Of a stretch of 26,631 nucleotides of DNA, positions 11,288 to 20,665 are shown in pieces. The position numbers were made by a program, and so were the translations under genes. The stretch comes from Octopus sinensis (taxonomy: Eukaryota), in NCBI RefSeq assembly GCF_006345805.1, contig NW_021834134.1, positions 1 to 26,631 on the forward strand, read 5' to 3'. Position 1 is the first letter of the stretch, and each line of letters opens with the position of its first letter. The notes under the pieces are model-generated. The model did no database searches. It was not told the DNA's origin and saw nothing but the letters and a program-made list of their open reading frames with translations.

Positions 11288-11370
11288 TCATCATCATCAT
11301 TTAATGTCCATTGTCCATGCTGGCATGGGTTGGACAGTTTAATCAGGGCTGGTAAGCTGAGGGGCTGTAA
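11288..11370 (-). mobile_element. 3' tail fragment of an RTE-tailed SINE
   Basis: Reverse complement of the (GAT)n-tailed end at 14670-14724. Confidence 0.75.
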
Positions 11371-11678
11371 TCAATAACAAACCTATAATGATTACGGGAA
11401 ACAGCTGTAAAGAAAATTTACCACAATAAAAAAAAACATGTAATGACCATTATTTATGCCTTGCCTTGTGTAATAACTGCAACACAACCATGGATATAGA
11501 ATAGTGGTGAACTAGAAACCTCAGACCTTGCTACAAAAATACACAGTTCTTTACTAATCTAAACAATATTGTTATCCTGGTGTACTAACAGAGAGCTTCT
11601 AAAATATTTTGCCTAGATTGTTTATAACTCACTGATAACTCTCTCTGATATATATACATCTCAAAGTGTACAGCATCA

Positions 11679-11920
11679 TATATCCATCATGACCAATCTT
11701 ACCAATTGGTTTCACACTAAGGGTTTAATGGCGTGTTAGGTAACAGTCCGATTATGTAACTCTGCACTCATCAGAGGTAGCTGTTATGGAGCAGTTGCTA
11801 TATTTCATTCCAAAACAGCTACCTCTGAAGAGCGCATGGTTACATAATCGGACTGTTACCTAACACTCCAATGAATCTATAGTTTGAAAGCAATTGGTAA
11901 GATCAGCTGTAATGGATATA
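11679..11920. repeat. 242-nt fold-back element with 112-bp colinear arms and an 18-nt loop
   Basis: All pairs sum to 23599, so there are no indels. Perfect blocks are 11733-11760/11839-11866 (28 bp), 11771-11785/11814-11828 (15 bp) and 11696-11708/11891-11903 (13 bp). Confidence 0.95.
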
Positions 11921-11965
11921 CAAGCACATTTTTTTCCCTGACTTATGGACTCTTAGACAGCTTAC

Positions 11966-12021
<56 letters not shown>

Positions 12022-12180
12022 GCATCAACACAGTATTTTTGTTTACAGTGAGACTATGTACTCCTAGATGTATGCACATTTTTATGTGTATATGACAACA
12101 GAGGAGCCAGTGTGTATGGGTGAACACTTGTATACATGCGCGTGCGTGTGTGCATGTGCGTGTGCGCGGTGGTGTATCCT

Positions 12181-12264
12181 TGGCCTGAAGAATAGCTTGC
12201 GGTCTACCCCTTCTTTGGATAATTTACTACTTCTGAGGTTCCGCTAGCTATGAAACATAAAGCC
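12181..12264 (+). ncRNA. Degenerate hammerhead-like motif with long stem II (Penelope-like)
   Basis: CTGAAGA at 12185-12191; stem II ATAGCTTGCGG/CCGCTAGCTAT; GAAA at 12252-12255; GGC/GCC stem I; no valid NUH triplet. Confidence 0.45.
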
Positions 12265-12307
12265 TGGGTTTTATCTGCTCCACTCTCTAATTTTGGGATA
12301 TATGATG

Positions 12308-12606
12308 TGATCATATGATCAACCAGGTAACTGGATGTTGTTACATAACACTGGTCACAATGCGCTTTGCATCGTTTTAGCTTTCAAACGATGCCACTCT
12401 GCTGACTAGGTGACCAGATCAACATTCTGACCGATCGGAAGGTTAGATAGTCACAGAGTTACCCATTTACAGCTGAGTGGACTGTGGACTGGAGCAACAT
12501 GAAATGAAGGAGTTTTGCTCAAGAACACAACGTGGTGCTCTGTCTGGGACTTGAACCCACGATCTAGCAATCATGAGTGCAATACACTCACCACTAGGCC
12601 ATGTAC
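12308..12606 (-). mobile_element. SINE family B, diverged
   Basis: Minus head GGTACATGGCCTAGTGG...GGGTTCAAGTCCC; the body matches 3500-3600. Confidence 0.8.
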
Positions 12607-12627
12607 CTTCAAACACACACATACATA

Positions 12628-12690
12628 TCTTTTACTTGTTTCAGCTATTGGTCAGTGGCCATACTGGAGCACTGCGTTGAAGTACTAAGC
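12628..12690 (-). mobile_element. SINE family A 3' fragment
   Basis: TCTTTTACTTGTTTCAG...GGCCATACTGGAGCAC. Confidence 0.7.
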
Positions 12691-12728
12691 AAATACATCA
12701 GTCCCAATAATAAATATACATATATATA

Positions 12729-12767
<39 letters not shown>

Positions 12768-12931
12768 ATTAGAAAATGGAGGGGATCAATAGGTGGTATT
12801 CATCAACTTTTAGACATATGTCTATCTATTTTTTAAAAAAACAATTATAACAATATACATACATGTATAACATTATGCTTTACATATATAAAAATACCAG
12901 TAATTATTAAATATATATATATAGTTAAAAT

Positions 12932-13145
12932 ATTAAATATATACATATAGTTAAACAATGAGAAAACACAACAACGCGAGGACGTGGAATAAGTAGTGTT
13001 ATTGGACGCTCAGGAAAGGAAAGAAAGGAGGATTTCATGTTTCGAGCAGAGCTCTTCGTCAGAAATATAGAAAAAGGAAAGGAAGACGGAGAAAGAAAAT
13101 CGCCAACGTGGTCACATAGAGGGAATGGGTGAAGAAAAAGTTCTT
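12932..13145 (-). mobile_element. Penelope-like pLTR-type cassette containing a minimal hammerhead-like core (13040-13062)
   Basis: Minus strand TTT-CTGACGA-A-GAGC-TCT-GCTC-GAAA-CATG-AAAT; flanked by TA tracts; same layout as 24067-24232. Confidence 0.6.
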
Positions 13146-13321
13146 TCATATATATATATATATATAAAAAATATAAATTAGAGATAAAACCACTATTATG
13201 CAACTCAAACAGTGATAGACATAAACCAAAACATAAAAAACAAATAAAATATATTTTTATAAAACATAACTAGATCTCAAAAAGTATAAAAATGAATGAT
13301 CAATATATAATAAGTAAAAAA

Positions 13322-13406
13322 AACTACGTACGTTTCATGGCTACAATTAAATTTGAATTACAATTAAGTTTAAATTCAATTTAAAATTATAGTCAATCTT
13401 CAGGTT
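13322..13406 (-). ncRNA. Minimal type I hammerhead ribozyme motif (Penelope-like)
   Basis: AAC-CTGAAGA-[long AT-rich stem II]-GAAA-CGTACG-T-A-GTT, with palindromic stem III ACGTACGT and a GUA triplet; predicted cut between 13325 and 13324. Confidence 0.65.
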
Positions 13407-13599
13407 AACAATAATAGTTAAATAAATAAGCAAATAGAGTTAAACAATATTTATTTACAAAATATATAAAATAATAATGTTTCTTATAGAAAAAACTCCA
13501 TTAACTAAATTTGAAACTTAAAACATTAGGATTATTTCCTACAACACATTTATTGTTATATATACCAGTCAATCACAGGGTTAACTTGTTAGCTCCTGC

Positions 13600-13850
13600 T
13601 GGAATTTATTCACAACTGAGTGTGTTGGAGCAACGTAAAATAATGAAATAAAGTGTTTTGCTCAGGAATACAACATACTTCCCTGGCAAAAATGAGTAAT
13701 CCTGGGGTGGATGTGTCCGATCCAAGTGGAGGATTTATACACAATGGAAACTAGCGCTTATGAGTCACTGACTCAAGGTAACTTTTACCTAATTTTTGGA
13801 CTGTGAGTCAAATAATAACATCCTAACCATTAGGCCATGTGCATTCATAC
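13600..13850 (-). mobile_element. Highly degenerate SINE family B remnant
   Basis: GGAGCAAC...AAGTGTTTTGCTCAGGAATACAAC and CTAACCATTAGGCCATGTGC match 12490-12606. Confidence 0.55.
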
Positions 13851-13974
13851 TAAAAGGTTATGAAAAAAGAAATGCAGAGCAAGGAGACATAGTGGGGGTG
13901 TACTAGGTGAGAAATACCATGGCACCCAGTTCACACAAATATATACATATATATATATACATATATATATGCAA

Positions 13975-14130
13975 TGGGCTTCTTTCAGTTTCCATCTACC
14001 AAATCCTCTCATAAGGCTTTGGTCAGCCCAAGGCTATAGGAGCAGACACTTGCTCAAAGTGTCATGCAGTGGGGCTGAACCTGAAACCATATGGTTGGAA
14101 AGCAGTCTTCTCACCACACAACCACACCTG
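13975..14130 (-). mobile_element. SINE family A, 5' half
   Basis: Same segment as 5048-5205. Confidence 0.88.
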
Positions 14131-14267
14131 GATATTTTTAAATACCTGGGTCCATACTTAATGCAATACAGAAAAGGGTTTTCTCATCCGAAAGGAAAGG
14201 TATGACATGGTCAGCTTGAAGATAAAGCAGGTAGAATATTTGAGCTGGATATGGCCAGTTTAACCTG

Positions 14268-14724
14268 ACCCGACAAATAACGTGAGTTCATGGAGGTTTC
14301 CTGCACCAGCTTCACATAGAAGCCCCAGCCCATCCAAAGTGCCTTGGATCGCAGGACGGCCTACTGTGCTTACCTTGGATTGTAGGGCGACCTGTTGTGC
14401 TTGAGGAGACCTATTGAGTCAAGTACATCAACATCAAAATACAAATCAAATGGAAATTGTAGTTGTGATACCCGTGCCAGTAGCACGTAAAAAACACCAG
14501 CCGCTCGTGGATGTTGCCAACCTCCTCTGGCACCTGTGCTGGTGGCACGTAAAAAGCATCCACTACACTCACGGAGTGGTTGGCATTAGGAAGGGCATCC
14601 AGCTGTAGAAACACTGCCAGATCAGACTGGAGCCTGGTGCAGCCTCCTGGCTTCCCAGACCCCAGTCGAACTGTCCAACCCATGCTAGCATGGAAAGTGG
14701 ACGTTAAACGATGATGATGATGAT
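14268..14724 (+). mobile_element. SINE or LINE remnant with an RTE-type 3' tail ending (GAT)n
   Basis: GGCATTAGGAAGGGCATCCAGCTGTAGAAA motif typical of RTE-related 3' ends; terminates GGACGTTAAACGATGATGATGAT. Confidence 0.8.
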
Positions 14725-14880
14725 ACTCTATCAAATGTAATGCTTATTAATCCACATTGTTTTGAATTAATCCTGCTTTATCTCTTAGCTTTCAGATTGA
14801 GTGCTTATTTTCACAATGACATTTTAGGATAGGTATGAAAAGCCAGATCTGATCAGTTTAAACATAGAAGAGAATATTTG

Positions 14881-15189
14881 TTAGTTGTTTGTTCCTTCTC
14901 GAGCCATCCCTGGCTCATAAGGGCCGGTTTCCCGGTTTCTTGGCGTATAGGTTCCCCACCTGGACGGGACACCGGTCCGTCGCAGGTGAGCTGCAAGATG
15001 CAGGAGGAAAGAGTGAGAGAAAGTTGTGGCGAAAGAGTCAGCAGAAGTTCGCCATTACCTTCTGCCGGAGCTGCATGGAGCTTAGGTGTTTCACTCATAA
15101 ACACACACACATCGCCTGGTCTGAGATTCGAACCCCTGATCCCTCAACCACAAGTCCGCTGCTCTAACCACTAGGCCATGTGCCTTCAC
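14881..15189 (-). mobile_element. tRNA-derived SINE, family B head with a different 3' body, flanked by a 13-bp TSD
   Basis: TSD AAGAGAATATTTG at 14868-14880 and 15190-15202; A-box TGGCCTAGTGG and B-box GGTTCGAATC; the body TGCGACGGACCGGTGTCCCGTCCAGG...GAAACCGGG is reminiscent of Meta/V central domains. Confidence 0.92.
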
Positions 15190-15526
15190 AAGAGAATATT
15201 TGAGCTAGATATGGCCAGTTTAACCCTCAATCATTCAGATTATTCTGTCAAATGTAATGCTTATTTATTCACATTGTTTTAAATTAATCATCCATTATCA
15301 CAGACTTGAGATTTCAACGACGTAATTGTTTACCTGTAGAATGACATTGTAGGATAGGTGTGAGAGGTCATATCTGGTCGGTTTGAACAAAAAAAGGAAG
15401 AATATTTGGGCTGGATATGGCCAGTTTGACCCTTTTACATTCAGATTACTCTGTCAAATGCAATATTTATTTATTTACATTGTTTAAAATTAATTGTGCG
15501 TTATCTCATAGCTTCAAGATTTCAAT

Positions 15527-15815
15527 GAGTGGATTTGTGAATGCATCTGGTACATGGAAACTGAAAGAAGCCTACTGTATATGTATTTATGTGGATGTAC
15601 ACATGTGTGTGTTTGCTTGTGTCTCCTTGTCTCGATATCCCATGATTGTCGTAAATGGTTATCAGTCATAAGCAGTCATTCATCTCCAGTATTCTCTGTC
15701 CATGGGGGGAAATATTAACCTTGCTCAGAAACAGGGGAGGGTTGGTGACAGGAAGGGCATCCAGGTGTAGAAAATCTGCCTTAATGAATTCCACTTGACC
15801 CATAACAATGACGAT
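15527..15815 (+). mobile_element. SINE fragment joining the family A middle segment to an RTE-type tail
   Basis: GAGTGGATTTG...GGAAACTGAAAGAAGCC followed by GACAGGAAGGGCATCCAGGTGTAGAAAA. Confidence 0.7.
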
Positions 15816-16057
15816 ATGTGTGTGTGTGTGTACATACATATGTGAATATATATGTATGTATAATATATATATGTATATACACACACACATATAGCATGTG
15901 CCTGTGTGTTTATGTGTATGTACATGTTTATATATTAAACCAAACATACGTGTGTGTGTGTGTATATATATATATGTGTGTGTGTGTGTGTATGTATATA
16001 TATATATATATAGTTTTGTATGTGTGTATGTATGTATATATATAAATTGTAGTTTTG

Positions 16058-16094
<37 letters not shown>

Positions 16095-16170
16095 ATATAT
16101 ACACACACACACCTAAGCTAAGGCAAATGAGAAAAACTGGCATTATATATATTTATTTATAAATGTGTAT

Positions 16171-16223
<53 letters not shown>

Positions 16224-16358
16224 CATTATGTATCATATACATATATATCTATATACACATACATATATGTATCATATATATACATACATATATCTATATA
16301 TATATAAGGTTTGGTAATGCAAACAGTAAAGAACTAAAAAAATTGATACATCTATAAC

Positions 16359-16398
<40 letters not shown>

Positions 16399-16400
16399 AC
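15815..16400. repeat. Compound TG/TA microsatellite region
   Basis: Directly visible. Confidence 0.9.
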
Positions 16401-16815
16401 ATATATATCTTTTATTATAAATAATCAGCAGAAATTACAATAACAGACTGAGTCAAAGGCCAGGAGTCTCATGAACTGGCCCTTATGAAACTGGGTGCTC
16501 ATGCCCGAAACTCTCGGCCCTTGAACCACTCTATAACTCCAACCAAGTATTAATAACAAAAATAAGCACACACACATACATATATATACACACACATATA
16601 CACAGACCCATCCACATACGCATATACACCCACTAACCAGTGTTCGCTGCATATCGATAAAGGTACATTTGATTGTATTGAACAGATATATTTAAGCATA
16701 TTTTATCATTGGTATTTTCAGTGACCTTGCTGTAAACACACACATCCACAACTGCACGTAGATGTCTGTGTGTGTGTAATGTACATATGTATATACAATG
16801 TGTATATATACATAC

Positions 16816-16855
<40 letters not shown>

Positions 16856-16997
16856 ATATAGAGGGCATTATACATACATGCCAGAAGGCATTATACATAC
16901 ATGCCAAACGCTAAGAGGGACAATTAGTCATTTCTACCAAAAATATTACTAATCCCACCGAATGCAATTTTTCAAAGTAAGACATTTAAAAAAATAT

Positions 16998-17045
16998 AGA
17001 CCTGTATCACAGTGATTTCATACTTACATACTCATCAGCAGGCCT
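16998..17045 (-). ncRNA. Type I hammerhead ribozyme (complete fold)
   Basis: 5'-AGGCCUG CUGAUGA GUAU-GUAA-GUAU GAAA UCAC-U-GUGA U A CAGGUCU-3'. Stem I is 7 bp, stem II is 4 bp with a GNRA loop, and stem III is AUCA/UGAU with a CUG loop; all core nucleotides are present; AUA triplet, predicted cut between 17005 and 17004. Confidence 0.85.
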
Positions 17046-17151
17046 GAATGTATTATAAATAAACAATTAAGTAGTTGTCCTTAATTGCTAAATATATATA
17101 TATATATATATATATATACAAAAGTACAGTTATATATATAACTGTATATAG

Positions 17152-17187
<36 letters not shown>

Positions 17188-17289
17188 TTATGTATTTAAG
17201 ACATACACACGTCTATATTTATATATTTAAAGCAGTGCTCCAGCATGGCCACAGACAAAATGAAACAAGTAAAAGAATGAAAATAATAT

Positions 17290-17708
17290 ATGTACACATA
17301 CAGGCATATACATATATAAATACACACATTATTCTATACATCTATGTATGTATATATATACACAAAAATATAATTGTATACATACATGTATGTATTTATA
17401 CACTGATGTATAGAAAGTACAAATATTTGTATACATACTTGTACATACCCATACACATATATACAACTATACATAATTGTATATATACATGTAGGTACAA
17501 ACACACACACATGCACACCCAGACATACACTCATATACTTACAAAACTGCACATTTATATATATATATACACAAATGTAGACACACATACATACTCACAC
17601 ACCAGTATATACATATACACACATATACAAAACTACATTTATATATATATATATATATATACAAATTGAGATAGGGGTTGTAAATGCAACCCTCCATGGG
17701 ATATCTTG

Positions 17709-17740
<32 letters not shown>

Positions 17741-18033
17741 TACACACATATACAAAACTACACATTTATATATACATACATACACACATACATACATACA
17801 TACATACATACTCGCATACATATATATACACAAAACTACATTTATATACATACACACTCATATTCACACACACATAACTACACATATACACACACATAAC
17901 TACACATATACACACAGATGTATGCATACATACACACACATACTCATACATATATATACAAAACTACACTTATATACCTACACACATATACATAACTACA
18001 CATTTATATACGCACACACACACACAGATGCAT

Positions 18034-18066
<33 letters not shown>
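17290..18066. repeat. CA/TA low-complexity region with recurring CACACATATACAAAACTACATTTATATA units
   Basis: The unit recurs near 17620, 17745, 17825 and 17955. Confidence 0.85.
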
Positions 18067-18067
<1 letters not shown>

Positions 18068-18074
18068 CACTGTC

Positions 18075-18330
18075 CTGCAGTATTGGCAAACGTCCGCCAA
18101 AGAGTGTGCGGTAGCCGAAGCCCCGCCCACAAAAATGCTAATGAGCTCGAATGACGTCACCGACGACTGCGACAAGTATTTCAACGATGGTTAATGTTTA
18201 CGATCGGTCAATTATGGAGCACAACAGCACCAGGCCTCTGTGTGTGTGTGTGGGGGGGACTCTATTCAATGTGGCCACTACAGCAGACACGTAAATAAAC
18301 GCCGAGGCCAACCCCGTCGCCACCATCACA
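18075..18330. promoter_or_regulatory. CpG-rich promoter/enhancer-like island
   Basis: CCAAT on the minus strand (18082-18086), GC box CCCCGCCCAC (18121-18130), perfect CRE TGACGTCA (18152-18159), Forkhead-like TGTTTAC (18195-18201) and GTAAATA (18291-18297). Confidence 0.5.
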
Positions 18331-18409
18331 AGAGTACTAATACCTTTACCGTCTGTTTCTACCACCGTTGCTGCTGTTAGTAGCAATAATGTGGCCAAGC
18401 ATCGTTAAA

Positions 18410-19560
18410 CCATCATCATCATCGTCGTCATCACCATCATCATTGTCATAATCTTCACCACCATCATCATCACCATAACTATCGTTGTCATCATCATCAA
18501 TGTTAACAATAGCACCAACACCATCGTCACCACCACCACCATCACCAATACCATTGCCACCATCAGTGCCACTACCGCCATGGCCAATACTGCTACCACC
18601 ACCACCACTATTACTACTACTACCAGTAGTAATACTAACACCTGTACTGCTACCAATACATCTAACAACTGTTACCACTAACACAACCACCACTACCATT
18701 AATATTTACACCACCTGTCACCACCACCACCGCTACTACTACTACCACCACCGCCACTGCTACTACCACCACCGCCACTACTACCACCACCGCCACTGCT
18801 ACTACCACCACCGCCACTACTACTACCACCATCACTACTACTACTACTACTACCACAACTACCACCACCATCACCAACACAACCAAATAACATGATCGCT
18901 CCACACTACCACCACGACTAAATACCACAAACAGCACCCTACACTACCACCAACACTACTACAATTAACATTTCTATGACTAACATGACCACCACCACTG
19001 CAACCAATTACCATGAACAGCACAACCAAATACCACAGACATCACTCTATACTATCACCTTCTACTACTACTACTATTACCTCTATCATTATCATTGTTC
19101 ACACCACCAGCGCTACCACCACCACAAATACAGCCAAAATACCATGAGTGTCGGCCCTTACCACTGCCACTACTACCAACACCACCACGACTAAATACCA
19201 CAGACATCACTATACTACTACTTCTACTGTTACTGCTGCTGCTACTACTACTACCACTACTACCTCTATCATCATCAACGTTAATTCTACCACCAACACC
19301 ACCACAATGATAGTATACCACAAAACCCATGGCTTCTACTGCCTGCACCGTCCCGACCACGACCGCAAGTACAACCAAATGCCATGATGATCCCACCTAT
19401 CACTATCACCCCTACAACCACCACCACCACCACCACCATTGCCATTATGATTACTGCTCATTAATGTCTCAGGTGTTACCACCATTGCCACCCCCACCAC
19501 CACCACAATTTGTTAATGTCTCTTTTGTAATTATCATTACCATCACCATCACCACTATCA
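18410..19560 (+). repeat. (CAT/CAC/TAC)n low-complexity region with short internal duplications
   Basis: Directly visible; CACCACGACTAAATACCACA occurs at about 18910 and 19184. Confidence 0.88.
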
Positions 19561-20094
19561 TCTCTACCAAATATCACACCTTAAGAGTAATAAAAAAAAG
19601 AGAGCAAAAAACAAAAAAAAAGCCTCTATGTGGCAATTCAGCCTGCTAGAAATAGCAACTCTAAATCACACCCTGCTGTTTTACAAAGAAGGAAGATACA
19701 TGTCGTCCAGAGAACACACACACACATATATATAATAATAATAATGAGGGAATATTATTCCAAACTTACAGGGAAAAATTCAATTTAGAAATACTAAATC
19801 AAATTTCACAAAATATATATTTTTCTAATTTATATATATATATATACACGATGGGCTTCTTTCAGTTTCCTTTTACACCAACAGCAAATGTTGCATACTC
19901 AAAACTAGCCAGATATTATTCCAGATCAACAGTTTCACTGAATCTAACATTGCATGTACCTCTCTCTCTTGTGCACCATATGCACAAGTGTCAGCAAGGT
20001 TTGGTTCTCAAACTGTCTTTTTGAACAATGTCTGGTCATGTAGCAGAAACAGTGACAGTCTTGGCTTAGCTTTTTCAATAGTTTCTTTTTTTAT

Positions 20095-20263
20095 GCGCCC
20101 TTTTCAAGCCTAGCCAGGCTCATGGGCCCGGTTTCTGTGGCATATGTGTTCCCCCTAGCTGGACGGGACGCCAGTCCATCGCAGCATTACTCAAGAAACA
20201 GGAAGAGAGAGTGAGAGAAAGTTGGGGCGAAAGAGTACAACAGGGGTCACCACCACCCCCTGC
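20095..20263 (-). mobile_element. 5'-truncated family B SINE mosaic
   Basis: The middle matches 3430-3484 while the 3' body matches the 14881-15010 type. Confidence 0.8.
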
Positions 20264-20274
20264 CTTTTATTAAA

Positions 20275-20665
20275 TCTCTCTATATATAAAGCTGAAGTTG
20301 TCTGTGTGGCAGGTTTGGTAGCCCTTCAATTAACACTATTTCCTCTGAGACTCTGCGGTGCAAGTTGACCAAAATTGAGAGTATGATAGAAGAAAGCTTG
20401 CTCTTCCTTCCGTAGAAGAAAAAATTCAAACCGGACCATGTTAACACCAAAAATTATTTATATCAAAAAGGTGCTTTTTTCCTATGAAAATCCCTATTTT
20501 TTACGATTTTTTCACTGCTGTGTCACCATTTTTCGGTGTATTTCAACCAGAAAAATGTTCACTTAAAGAGAATAACAAGCTACATAATGCAAAGTTTTTA
20601 CTTTTCAAAAATTCCAATTCTAAAGGGTCGAAACAAACCCGAGCAATACCAGGCAATACTGCTAG
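20275..20665 (+). mobile_element. Non-autonomous Helitron-like element (~390 bp)
   Basis: Sits as A|TC...CTAG|T; 5' TCTCTCTATATATAAAG...GTCTGTGTG; GC-rich subterminal palindrome remnant CCCGAGCAATACCAGG 8 nt before CTAG; no TSD. Confidence 0.7.

Larger units (their letters stand above)
14222..15525 (+). repeat. Head-to-tail array of a ~200-bp unit interrupted by two SINEs
   Basis: Anchor GAATATTTG.GCT.GATATGGCCAGTTT at 14234, 14872/15194 and 15400; the uninterrupted period is 206 bp. Confidence 0.85.

Noticed and set aside
16478-16525. CTCATGA...GAAAC and ATGCCCGAAAC strings
   Set aside because: G5 is absent and the helices do not close consistently.
17029-17044. Possible minus-strand microexon (CATTCAG|GCCTGCTGATGAGTAT|GTAAGT)
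   Set aside because: The same bases are fully explained by the hammerhead fold; with no flanking exons the splice reading is unsupported, though junction reads could test it.
18081-18194. Peptide YWQTSAKECAVAEAPPTKMLMSSNDVTDDCDKYFNDG after CTGCAG
   Set aside because: Not recognised, weak donor, and the bases are better explained as clustered transcription-factor motifs.
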